Of a stretch of DNA of 64,000 nt, positions 1 to 9,900 are shown piece after piece. Location: assembly GCA_015057005.1 (NCBI GenBank), contig SVFF01000003.1, positions 8,972-72,971 of the forward strand. The letters are read 5' to 3'. The DNA is from Lachnospiraceae bacterium. GTDB lineage: Bacteria > Bacillota > Clostridia > Lachnospirales > Lachnospiraceae. The notes below the pieces were generated by a model that had not been told where the DNA came from, ran no database searches, and saw nothing but the letters and a program-made list of their open reading frames with translations. Within the stretch, counting starts at the first letter, position 1. Every line of letters starts with the position of its first letter. The translations under genes were made by a program, and so were the position numbers.

Positions 1-726
1 AAAAAGAAAATAGAGCAGATCTTTTCCTATACCTCTTTCCACTATATCACGTCAGGATATGGTTATTTCAATGGTGTACGTCTGGGGGCGGGGCAGTTCT
101 TTTGTGCAGAAAAAAATCACTATGTATGCTATTATCCGGATCCGGAGGAACCCTGGAGTTATATTTATTTTGATTTTTTTGAGGAAGATCCCAGCAATAC
201 AGTACTTTTAAGGCAGTTGGTGGGTGAGCCTCATTGGGGAAGTTTTTCTTATATGGAAGAAGTGCAGCATATTCTGCAGTTATATATGGTATATGCGGGC
301 CGGAAGCAGGATAATCCTGCTTTCCACCGCGCCGTAGGGGATATGGTTTTGGCTCTGCATAGTGCCGGGACGGCAATGCCGCCCCGGCAGTCCGCAGCCG
401 GCAGGCATGTTGCTAAGATTCAGCAATATATCGATACACATTTTGAAGACAAGCTGATCATCGAAGAGCTGGCTGACCGTTTTTTTCTGTCCCGCCCTTA
501 TGTGCGCAACTTGTTCATGTGGCATCTGGGACTTTCTCCGAAGCAATATCTGCAGGAGGTGCGCATGAAAAAGGCCGGAGAACTGCTTTTGCAAACGGAT
601 TATGAGATCCGTTTGATCGCAAGTTCCGTGGGCTATAGTGATCAGTTGGCATTTTCCAAAGTGTTTAAACAGTATTATGGCTGTGCACCTACACAGTTTC
701 GAAGCAGAAACCGGAAAATGATATAA
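1..726 (+). CDS. AraC family transcriptional regulator (5' end outside window)
   Basis: Frame 1 is open from base 1 (FHYITSGYG...YYPDPEEPWSYIYF cupin-like region). The C-terminus has the AraC double HTH (LADRFFLSRPYV...IASSVGYSDQLAFSKVFKQYYGCAPTQFR). Confidence 0.9.
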   Translation, partial: KKKIEQIFSYTSFHYITSGYGYFNGVRLGAGQFFCAEKNHYVCYYPDPEEPWSYIYFDFFEEDPSNTVLLRQLVGEPHWGSFSYMEEVQHILQLYMVYAGRKQDNPAFHRAVGDMVLALHSAGTAMPPRQSAAGRHVAKIQQYIDTHFEDKLIIEELADRFFLSRPYVRNLFMWHLGLSPKQYLQEVRMKKAGELLLQTDYEIRLIASSVGYSDQLAFSKVFKQYYGCAPTQFRSRNRKMI

Positions 727-1004
727 TGCGCTGCATGTTTTTGTGTGGGTTTAGGAGTAATACGATTGAATTTCGTTTTTGTAAATGGAATAATTTTTAT
801 ATGACGCACTTTGAATAAATTTTCCAGTTTAATAATAATGTTTGGAATACTGTCCATTGTTAGCATGGAACGTTTTATTGTTCCAGTAATTTCTCCAATA
901 TTCGCTAGTACCGTAAACTCAGTCATCGATTCACCAGAATCATAGAATAACTGGATCAACCGCATTTTTTCTTCCGCGCTTGAATGGGGTCTATAACTTT
1001 TCAT
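675..1004 (-). pseudogene. possible transposase-type HTH fragment (IS remnant)
   Basis: An AAGGAG RBS precedes MKSYRPHSSAEEKMRLIQLFYDSGESMTEF, which resembles the N-terminal HTH of IS3/IS66 accessory ORFs. The rest is AT-rich, unrecognisable and overlaps the araC 3' end. Confidence 0.3.
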
Positions 1005-1130
1005 GTTTCATGCTCCTTTGTATGTAGAATATTATAAACCAATACCATTCGATTGAGAATAAAACCGTGGCTAATTTCGTTTTAGAAATCGTCCACTTTT
1101 ATTATAGCAACATTCCGAATTTGACGGTAA

Positions 1131-1403
1131 GATAAATACCAGAGGCGCCTTAATACGGAGAATGTACAGCCGTTTACGGTAGAGGAACTGGCTGAATACC
1201 TGATACTTGACGGGAATGAAGAAAAACGCAGGCTTTTGGAAGCGGCAGGAAGTATCCTGAAAGTTGCCCAGACAAACAATGCCCTGACCATGGAAAGGAG
1301 CCTGGCAGGATTTGTACTTGAGAAATGCCTGGTGGAGCCGAACCACGAGATACGGAAGCGGCTGGTTGCCTACTTACGTAAGCTGTGTAAAGATGCAGGA
1401 TAA
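1131..1403 (+). pseudogene. 3' fragment of an unknown gene
   Basis: 90 open codons with coding-like composition (…QPFTVEELAEYLILDGNEEKRRLLEAAG…RKRLVAYLRKLCKDAG*), preceded by an in-frame stop and no 5' start/RBS. Confidence 0.4.
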
Positions 1404-1553
1404 AAGGGCGGAAGCGGTAACTGTCCGGCAGGATATATAGAAAATAAAAAGGAATTGTGATACAATGTATTCACTGAAAGTTTGCTCCGCTGACGGAACG
1501 GTGGGATTTCAATAAAAACTCTCTTGTCAATGAAAGAAAAGGAGGTGCCGAAA

Positions 1554-3872
1554 ATGTCATTAACCTATGGAATCATTGCGTTGATTTCCCTTTGTATGGT
1601 GGGAGTCTGTGTGTTTGCAGACAAGAAGCGTGATGTGTGGCTGTTGTTTGTTTTTGTTTCGGTATCTATTTGTAATCTCGGATATTTTATGATTTCGGTG
1701 TCACCGAGTCTTGGTTCTGCTCTGAACTCCAATAGAATTGCTTATCTTGGCAGTGTATTCCTTCCGTTCTTTATGATGATGATGGTACTGCGTTTCTGTG
1801 GAATGAGACGAACAAAACCGCTGCTGATCACGCTTGTGATACTTGGTGTCGTGATGCTGGGGATTACAACAAGTCCCGGTATTCTGCCAGTCTATTACAG
1901 CACTGTAGATATTGAAATCGCGGACGGAGCGACTAAGCTCGTCCGTGAGTACGGCCCGCTGCACGCTCTGTACTACGTTTATCTGATCGGATATATGTTC
2001 TCCATGGCCGGTGTTACAATTTACGCCATTGCAAAAAGAAAAATTAAAACTCATTTACATACGGTACTCCTGCTGTGTACAGTTTTCTGTAACATACTGA
2101 TTTGGCTTGTGGAACAGTTCCTGCCCCGTGGCTTTGAATGGCTCTCAGTTTCCTACATACTGACAGAGTGCCTGATACTTGCTAATTATCGTTCGATGCA
2201 AAAGCAAGGGTTGATGAGCAAGGAAGGAAGAACGCTGTCCTATACTATTAACGTATTGTTGAGTATATTCCTTCTGCTGTTCGCAAACTATGTCCGTGTT
2301 ATCACGATGGGGACATCGCCTGCCATGTACGTGATATCTCATATCGTGGTGCTGATGATCTACCTCGGCATCTTGGTGTCCTGGGGAATCTCGATATATG
2401 ACCGCATCGTAAACAGGGAGATTCGCCGCCATCTTATCATCCTTGTGGCGCTGATGATGTTCTGGATGCTGATGCGAACCCTTCGTCTCACGGTTTTTTA
2501 CTTGGTTTTTCCAATCGGTCAATGGTGCTGGTATGCCTATTATATTTCGATGATACTCATTCCGCAGATTTGCTTGTTTGCTGCAAAATATATAGGAAAG
2601 CCCGAAGATTATCGGCTGTCAAAGAAATGGAGTTGGATGTATGTTCCTTCCATCATATTGATTCTTGGTATCCTTACCAACGATCTGCATCAGCTTGCGT
2701 TCCGGTTCCATCTTGGTTATGAAATCGGCTGGGATGATTATCAGCGCACCTATCTGTATTATGCTGCTGTGGTTTGGATATTTTCATGTATCGCTATTAT
2801 GATCTGGGAACTCATAAAGAAGTGTCGCATTCCCGGAGCGCACAAAACCGTTTGGCTTCCAATCGCTATGCTCGGCGTCGGTGTCGTATACTCGGTACTT
2901 TATGCCCTCGACAGCGACATTTTCGGCTTTATCGAAATGACCGCCGCCCTTTGCTTTACGGTGGTTGCCATTTGGGAGAGCGCAATCAAGACAGGGCTTG
3001 TACAGTCCAACACTCACTACGATGAATTGCTGAAATTCTCCGGTCTCGGAGTTGCAGTTGTAGATAACGATTACACCGTTTATTATCGCTCCGATGATGC
3101 TCTGTCCCTTACCGTAGAGCAAATGAAAGAAACCGAGAACGGCTACGTGATGCTTGACGGCGGTATCCGTTTGTCCGGCTCCGATATCCGTGGCGGTCAT
3201 ACGCTGTGGCAAGAGGATCTGTCTGAATTGCTTGACGTTCTCGATGAGCTGAAAGAACTGCGCACCGAACTGGAAGGCTCCAATGCCGTTTCGATGCAGA
3301 ACTACCGCATGGATAAGCAGATTAGAGCTTTGGCGGAAAAGAACCGACTTCACGATGAGCTGCATAAGCAGACGGCACGACAGATCGATCTGCTTGATGT
3401 GTGGCTGAAGAAGTTGAGCAAAACCAATGGTCCGAAAGAAAAGAAAGATCTGCTTCGCCGTGTTGTTGTGGTGGGGGCATATCTCAAACGCCGTAATAAT
3501 CTTATCCTGGTCAATGAACAGGACGGTATAATCAAAGAAGCAGAGCTGAATCTCAGCATTAAAGAAATGATGAAGAACCTGCAGCTTGCAGGAGTGAACT
3601 GCGCTTCTTCGGTACAGTTTGAAAAAGACCTTCCGGCAGATGTGGCTATGAAGCTCTTTGACTTTTATGAGTACGTTGTGGAGAATGCATTTGATGGACT
3701 GAGTTACCTGCTTGCCCGATTCTTCTACCGCGACGAACACTTTTATGCTTGTATTGATGCGGTATGCAGTTTAGATCTGACAAGGCTTCAAACAGAGCAG
3801 ATTTCTGTGAGTGTGTCAGATGAGAATAATTACACCCTCTCCCTTAAACTGGAAGGAGGTGTTGGCAAATGA
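1554..3872 (+). CDS. membrane sensor with two HisKA_7TM-like domains and a degenerate histidine-kinase C-terminus
   Basis: GGAGGT RBS before ATG 1554. Two blocks of ~7 hydrophobic helices (LGITTSP…YYS; ILTNDLHQLAF), a coiled coil and HisKA_3-like RLHDELH. No recognisable G1/G2 ATP-binding boxes. Confidence 0.75.
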   Translation: MSLTYGIIALISLCMVGVCVFADKKRDVWLLFVFVSVSICNLGYFMISVSPSLGSALNSNRIAYLGSVFLPFFMMMMVLRFCGMRRTKPLLITLVILGVVMLGITTSPGILPVYYSTVDIEIADGATKLVREYGPLHALYYVYLIGYMFSMAGVTIYAIAKRKIKTHLHTVLLLCTVFCNILIWLVEQFLPRGFEWLSVSYILTECLILANYRSMQKQGLMSKEGRTLSYTINVLLSIFLLLFANYVRVITMGTSPAMYVISHIVVLMIYLGILVSWGISIYDRIVNREIRRHLIILVALMMFWMLMRTLRLTVFYLVFPIGQWCWYAYYISMILIPQICLFAAKYIGKPEDYRLSKKWSWMYVPSIILILGILTNDLHQLAFRFHLGYEIGWDDYQRTYLYYAAVVWIFSCIAIMIWELIKKCRIPGAHKTVWLPIAMLGVGVVYSVLYALDSDIFGFIEMTAALCFTVVAIWESAIKTGLVQSNTHYDELLKFSGLGVAVVDNDYTVYYRSDDALSLTVEQMKETENGYVMLDGGIRLSGSDIRGGHTLWQEDLSELLDVLDELKELRTELEGSNAVSMQNYRMDKQIRALAEKNRLHDELHKQTARQIDLLDVWLKKLSKTNGPKEKKDLLRRVVVVGAYLKRRNNLILVNEQDGIIKEAELNLSIKEMMKNLQLAGVNCASSVQFEKDLPADVAMKLFDFYEYVVENAFDGLSYLLARFFYRDEHFYACIDAVCSLDLTRLQTEQISVSVSDENNYTLSLKLEGGVGK

Positions 3873-5146
3873 TGACTCATTTTTATCAGGCAAGTTCGGT
3901 ATGGCAGACCGTACTGCTTGTTATCAGCCAGTTTACTGTAATAGTTTTGGCTGCGGGATTAATTCTGTTGTTCAAGCGCAAAAGTAAATTGCCTAAGATG
4001 GTGACACTGGGAACGATGTTCCTCATCAATGTAATCCTGTATGTTTTGATGCAGCTTGACAGCCGTATCACGGGAGCTGAGCAAGGAATACATTTGGAGA
4101 TCCCCGGTTTTGTTTTGCTGTTGATTTTGTTGATATCATTGGGTGTAAGCGCATCGATTCTTCTTGGCGAGACAAAGAACCGTAAGATTATCAACCACAG
4201 ATCCATCAAAGAGTCCTTCGATAATCTGCCAACCGGCGTATGCTTCTTCAATGAGGCGGGACTTCCCGTGCTTTGTAACCACGCAATGCAGCGGTTCAGT
4301 TTTGCCGTGTGCGGAAAAGACGTGCAGTATATCACCGATCTTGAATATTGCCTTGCCGATGATTTTATACCAACGACCGATGTTAAAAAGGATGGGCGTG
4401 TATTTGTTTTGCCTGACAGCAGAGCGTGGCATTTGGAAAAGCGCACCTTTACGAACGAAAGCGGCAATCACTATACGCAATATATCGCTACAGACGTTAC
4501 GGACCTTCAACAGAACCGTGTGGAGCTACAGCGGGAAAACGCACAGCTTCGCAAAGTACAGGCAGACCTGAAAAGGCTGTCTGCCAATGTGGTCACGGTT
4601 ACTCGAGAAGAAGAGATTCTGAATACGAAAATGCGTGTTCATGATGAAATGGGCAAATGCTTGATCGAAGCAAGAAAGTATCTGCGAGATGACAGTACGG
4701 ACTGTATTCCGGACAGCGTTGTAGCCTCTTGGCACAGAGCCGTATCCATGCTCAAATATAATAATGAAACAAGTGATGAGGATATGCTTTCGCAGATTCG
4801 AAAGACTTGTGAATCTATAAAACTCGGATTCCACCAGACCGGAATACTTCCCAAAGAGGAAGCAGCAGCCTATATCCTCACCTGTGCTGTCCGTGAATGC
4901 GTGACCAATGCGGTGCGCTATGCAGCCGCAAGTGATCTGTATGTCGAGTTTACCGAAAACAAAGAGGTTGCAACGGTTCATGTTACCAATAGTGGTAAAC
5001 AGCCTGACAGCGAGATCATCGAGGGCGGAGGTCTTTCGACTTTGCGTCGTCGAGTGGAGCGTGCAGGAGGAACCATGACCGTGCAGTCGCTTCCGAAATT
5101 TAAGTTGACTGTAACCGTACCCAAAGGAAAGGAGGGTGTATTATGA
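3869..5146 (+). CDS. sensor histidine kinase (NarX/DesK, HisKA_3 type)
   Basis: Three N-terminal TM helices, a PAS-like region (FDNLPTGVCFF), H-box KMRVHDEMGKCL, N-box ECVTNAVRY and GGGLSTLRRRVERAGG. ATGA overlap with the upstream gene. Confidence 0.88.
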   Translation: MMTHFYQASSVWQTVLLVISQFTVIVLAAGLILLFKRKSKLPKMVTLGTMFLINVILYVLMQLDSRITGAEQGIHLEIPGFVLLLILLISLGVSASILLGETKNRKIINHRSIKESFDNLPTGVCFFNEAGLPVLCNHAMQRFSFAVCGKDVQYITDLEYCLADDFIPTTDVKKDGRVFVLPDSRAWHLEKRTFTNESGNHYTQYIATDVTDLQQNRVELQRENAQLRKVQADLKRLSANVVTVTREEEILNTKMRVHDEMGKCLIEARKYLRDDSTDCIPDSVVASWHRAVSMLKYNNETSDEDMLSQIRKTCESIKLGFHQTGILPKEEAAAYILTCAVRECVTNAVRYAAASDLYVEFTENKEVATVHVTNSGKQPDSEIIEGGGLSTLRRRVERAGGTMTVQSLPKFKLTVTVPKGKEGVL

Positions 5147-5793
5147 CAAAAGTATTGATCGTTGAAGACCAAAGAATGGCTCAGGAAAATATGGAAGCCA
5201 TCATCAAATCCAGTGAGAACTACACCCTTGCGGGTATCATTCCCAATGCTGCCGATGCAGAACTTTTCTGTATGCGTGAAGCGGTAGATCTTGTGCTGAT
5301 GGATGTCTGTACAGCCCGTGATGAAAACGGTATCGAAGCTTGCGCTGTTATCAAAAAGAAGTTCAAGGAGATCAAGGTGATCGTCGTCACTTCCATGGCA
5401 GAGCATACCTTTATCGAAAAAGCAAGAGCAGCGAGAGCAGACAGCTTTTGGTATAAAGATGCCAGCCGTGGGGAACTAATGACAGTTATGAATCAAACCA
5501 TGGCAGGTGAACACATCTTCCCGGATAAGACACCGGAAGTAAAATTGGGTCTTACAACAAGTTATGAACTGACAAAGCCGGAACTTGATGTTCTCCGTGC
5601 ACTGATGCAGAGTACATCTGATGAAGATGCGGCAGCAATGGTTGGATGCAGTAAAGCCAATATCCGCTGGCATATCAGCAGGATTCTGGATAAAACCGGC
5701 TATCGTACCCGTATGGAGCTTTTGATCGCTGTTGCATCGAAAAACCTGATCATCGTAACACCGGACAAAACACTGGAAGACGATAACTTCTAA
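5143..5793 (+). CDS. NarL/LuxR family response regulator
   Basis: Receiver motifs VLIVED, LVLMD, VTS and YK, plus C-terminal LuxR HTH (LTKPELDVLRAL…NIRWHISRILDKTG). Confidence 0.92.
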   Translation: MTKVLIVEDQRMAQENMEAIIKSSENYTLAGIIPNAADAELFCMREAVDLVLMDVCTARDENGIEACAVIKKKFKEIKVIVVTSMAEHTFIEKARAARADSFWYKDASRGELMTVMNQTMAGEHIFPDKTPEVKLGLTTSYELTKPELDVLRALMQSTSDEDAAAMVGCSKANIRWHISRILDKTGYRTRMELLIAVASKNLIIVTPDKTLEDDNF

Positions 5794-5810
5794 AAAATAT
5801 ACTTTTTAGG

Positions 5811-5847
5811 AACAGCCTCTTGGATTTTCCAAGGGGCTGTTTTTTTA
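5811..5847 (+). terminator. intrinsic terminator
   Basis: aacagcctcttgg-attt-tccaaggggctgtt hairpin followed by a T run. Confidence 0.8.
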
Positions 5848-5894
5848 CCCGTTGAACCCGAAATATTCTTTGCGTTTTGAAAAAAGTCCGAAAA

Positions 5895-5929
5895 ACTATT
5901 ACTTGTGATAGTGACTTATTTTTTATAAT
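5895..5929 (+). promoter_or_regulatory. putative promoter (-10 TATAAT) with an imperfect palindrome, candidate regulator site
   Basis: actattac-tt-gtgatagt (5895-5912) lies upstream of TATAAT (5924-5929), ahead of the surface-protein operon. Confidence 0.35.
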
Positions 5930-6000
5930 CCGTACAATTAAGAATGGGTAGGGCTAACTGCGCCCATTTTACTCAAATAGCAAAGAAAGAAGGTGACGCT

Positions 6001-6384
6001 ATGAGGCGGATTGTGATCAATATGCAAAACTCCCTGTTCTGCAATGCCATTGCCGATACCCTTCGCAGATCGGGTAACGAGTTGGAACCATATACCGTTG
6101 ACTCTCCCGATAAGGTCGTTGACGAATGTAAGTGGATCGCGCCTTACGCTCTGCTGATGGAAGTCACGGGGTATACTCCGTGGAAACTTAATGAGCGCAT
6201 GAGAATCCGCGATGCGGTAAAGACGCAGCATCCTGAATGCAAGATCGTTCTCATTGTAGATGAAAATGCGGAAAAAGAAGTAGCCAAGCAAGTGAAGCAG
6301 GCGAAAAAAGACGGCCTCATAGATCAGTTCATTTACGGCTCCATCTCTGCCACATATCTTGCTGATATCGTGGACAGCTTATAA
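6001..6384 (+). CDS. stand-alone atypical (pseudo) receiver-domain protein
   Basis: AAGGTG RBS. REC-like pattern (RIVIN…ALLMEV…KIVLIV…DQFIYG) with Glu at the phospho-Asp position and no acidic pair or Lys. Confidence 0.7.
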   Translation: MRRIVINMQNSLFCNAIADTLRRSGNELEPYTVDSPDKVVDECKWIAPYALLMEVTGYTPWKLNERMRIRDAVKTQHPECKIVLIVDENAEKEVAKQVKQAKKDGLIDQFIYGSISATYLADIVDSL

Positions 6385-6392
6385 GAGGGGCG

Positions 6393-6854
6393 GTGAGAAA
6401 TGACATGACTATGAAGCAGAGTAAGACAATCAGCCTGTTTGACAAGTACAGTCTTGTCATTCCACCGGAGCTTGATTGTTACGAGGACGGCCCCCTTGGC
6501 AGAAGAGTGGTGTTTCTCTCAGATCCAGAGGAAACCTTTATCATTTCCTTTGAGGACGGGATGAAGATGCTGGACATGGCAGCTGACCATCCGGAGGAGA
6601 AACCGTTGGTTCGTTTCCAGTGCTGCAAGGATGGCAAATACATCCACCAGCGGCACGTTGATCCGAAATATCGTCAGGGCATAGGAAGTTTCGCGTTCTT
6701 CCACATTGAACTGGACGATGACGACGGAAGTACTCTGTACGTACCTGGCCAGATGGTCGCAAAAGCCGGTTATCAGTGGACCGACGGCGTAGAACCCATC
6801 TTGCTTGACATCATGAACGGCATTGCCGTCTGTAAGACGAAAGGCGGTGGGTAA
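6393..6854 (+). CDS. hypothetical protein
   Basis: 153-aa ORF co-oriented within the operon, with coding-like composition; no motif recognised. Confidence 0.7.
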   Translation: MRNDMTMKQSKTISLFDKYSLVIPPELDCYEDGPLGRRVVFLSDPEETFIISFEDGMKMLDMAADHPEEKPLVRFQCCKDGKYIHQRHVDPKYRQGIGSFAFFHIELDDDDGSTLYVPGQMVAKAGYQWTDGVEPILLDIMNGIAVCKTKGGG

Positions 6855-6998
6855 GATTGCAATGAAACCTTTCTGTTTTTCTTTGAAAGGAAAAGCCAAT
6901 TCCACTCCCGGTAACCGAACAGCGGGAAAAATAGAGAGAATTGACTGTTCGGGAAATGCCCGTAAGAGCAACGATAATCCTGTAAAGGAGGAAAGAAA

Positions 6999-9900
6999 AT
7001 GAAAAAAAGAATTTTAAGTTTGTTGCTTGCTTTTGTGATGATTATTGGTATGATTCCGACAAATAGCTTTACAGTATATGCAACGGAATGGACTGAAACA
7101 GAACAAGCAGCAACTACGGAGTCGGAGGAAACGACCCCTCCCACTACGGAAGCGCCCGTAGAAGAGGAGAAAACCCCTCCCTCCACGGAAGCACCCAAGG
7201 AAGAGACAACTTCGGTGAACGTGAAAACCACTGTGGTGCAGGATACGGCAGCACTGGCAGAAACCACATATGATGTATATGTGGGCGGCGTAGGCATGGC
7301 CAACGGTACTTACCTTGCTAACAATGCGACCGCTACCAGACCGGATAAGCCCTCGGTTGGCTATGCCTACTATCAGGACGGCGTGCTGACCCTGCATAAC
7401 TACAGCCTTAGTTCCAACGGCGGCTATATGTACGACAGTGCAGGCTACTACGCGCTGATTTATGCCGATAAGGATTTGAAGATCGTCCTGGAGGGAGAGA
7501 ATATCCTCAAGCAGACTATGCCCGATAGCGACGGCATCTACTTCCGTCTGAACGGTGAGGTCAGCGGCGACGGTACGCTGGCGGTCTCCGGAGATCCCGA
7601 CTACGGATATACCTACTACGGCATTGCCGCCGAAGTGGGCAATCTGACCGTCAATGCGGCAACTGTTACCGTCAGCGACTTCACAATAGCGCTCTATTCC
7701 GATCAGGGAAATGTGACGATCAATGGCGGCTACACAGATGCGAGTGCGATCCAATACGCTATCTATGCCAGAGAAGGCAGTGTATATATTACAGACGGCG
7801 AATTGACCGCCAAATCAGCCACTGACGATGATTTTGCACACCAGTACTGTGCAATAAAGGGTGCTGGCGGCGTCAGCTATGCCAACCATCTGATAGTGAA
7901 AGGTGCACTACGCGACGATGGACAGCTCGGTGCATATGGCGAGAATTTACAAAATTCCTATGACCTGATTGTTGTCAAGAACTATCCCATCCTGCTGGGC
8001 GTCAAGACCACCGGCGGTATGGTGGGCGAAAGCGAGGAGGGCGGCATCGTCTTCTTTGATTCCTGCGAAAGCGTTTTCAGCAGGGAATGCAGCGAAGAGA
8101 CCACTTGGACTGTCAGCGAGCTTCGCACCGAAAGCGGCGAGCTGAACACACAGCCGGTAGTAGGCGAGACTTACTACTTTGACATTACTGTCAATGGCGA
8201 GAACATCAACTTCTCCGGCGTATCTGCCATGAACTGTGATGTGAAGCTGGACTTCTATGATGTTGCCTTTGTTAAGGCAACGAACGGCGCTGTGCACGCT
8301 ACCATCACCTTCTCCGCAACGAGAAAACTGACCCACGATGTGGTGTTCTACTTTGGCGAATCTCCCATCAGCGGTCGCACCATCGAAGACGGTCAGCTTG
8401 TGACAAAACCCGAAGATCCCGGCCAGGAGGGTGTGCACTTCCTGGGCTGGTATACCGAAGACGGTGAACTGTATGACTTCGATGTACCCGTTACCGAGAA
8501 CATCAATCTTTATGCCGTATTTGGCCATTATGTGAACTTCTGGTTCGAAGGTGATGAGTACCCCATCTTTGGCCAGGAGATCGAAGACGGTCAGACTGCA
8601 ACGAAGCCTGCCGATCCCGGCAAGGAGAGCTATGTCTTCAAGGGCTGGTATACCGAGGACGGTCAGCCCTATGACTTCTCCACTCCTGTCAAGGCGGATT
8701 TGAATCTTTACGCCAAGTTCGCCAAGATCCATACTGTCACCTTCTACCTGGGCGAATCTTCCACAGCTACCCAGGATATTGAGGATGGCAAGACCGTGAG
8801 CGAGCCCGAGGATCCCTATCAGGAAGGCAAGGTCTTCAAGGGCTGGTATACTGAAGACAATCAGCTCTATGACTTCTCTACCCCCGTTACCGGCGACCTG
8901 AACCTCCATGCTAAGTTTGTCAAGTCCCACACCGTGACCCTGATGTTTGGGGATTCCGCTGTGGGCTGGCTCACCGCGGAGGACGGCAAGCCCGTAGTAA
9001 AGCCCGAGGATCCCGCCCAGGAGGGCAAGATCTTTGTGGGCTGGTATACCGAGGATGGTATGCCCTATGACTTCACCAAGCCTGTCACCCAGGATATCAA
9101 CCTGATCGCAACCTATACCGAGGTGGCGGTGGACGGCGTTCTTCTGGTGGATGGCTGGTATCTGCCCAGCGGCTCTACCACCCCCACCAAGACAAAGCCC
9201 TCCGGTGGTTACGCCTACTATAAGGATGGCGCTCTGACTCTGAGCGGCTATACCAACACCGGCGCAGGCTATCATTATATCACCGCCGGATCGGCAAACT
9301 ACGCAGCAATCTATTCCACAACAGATCTTAATATTGTGCTAGCCGATGGCACTACCAATAAGATCTCCATCTCCGGCGCATCCGGTGTATACCGCGGCAT
9401 TGTTGCCGAAGGTGCGCTGACCATTACCGGCAACGGCGCGATTCAGATTACGGCACCCAATGGTGCAATCGTGGCTGATAGCATTGATGCGACTTGCGGT
9501 GCCTTTACCGCCAATGGCTACATCAGCGCCAATACAATCGATATGGAAGCCAATGGTGATGTCATTGTCACCAATGGTTACATTACTTGTACAGCCGGCA
9601 CAAGCACGATTGTTTCCAAGTCTGGCAATGTAAAGATTACCGGTTCTGCTCAGGTATTGAATTTGAATGGGTCTATGGATATCACCGCAGCCGATACCAT
9701 TCAGATCACCTCCACCGGTACGGTTGCTATGATTCAGGGCGGCGGCAATCTGAGCCTGAATGCGGCCGAGGGCATCACCCTGAGTTCTGAGATAAACCGT
9801 GCTATGTCCTTGTCCGGCGATTTCACTGCAACCACCGACGGCACATTTGTTGCCGATGGCTACATCAATGTCAAGACAATCGATATTGAAGCCAAGGGCG

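Noticed and set aside
6855-6998. c-di-GMP riboswitch ahead of the giant adhesin
   Set aside because: A small hairpin (ccgaacag/ctgttcgg) exists, but I could not match class I or II consensus; an Infernal search would settle it.
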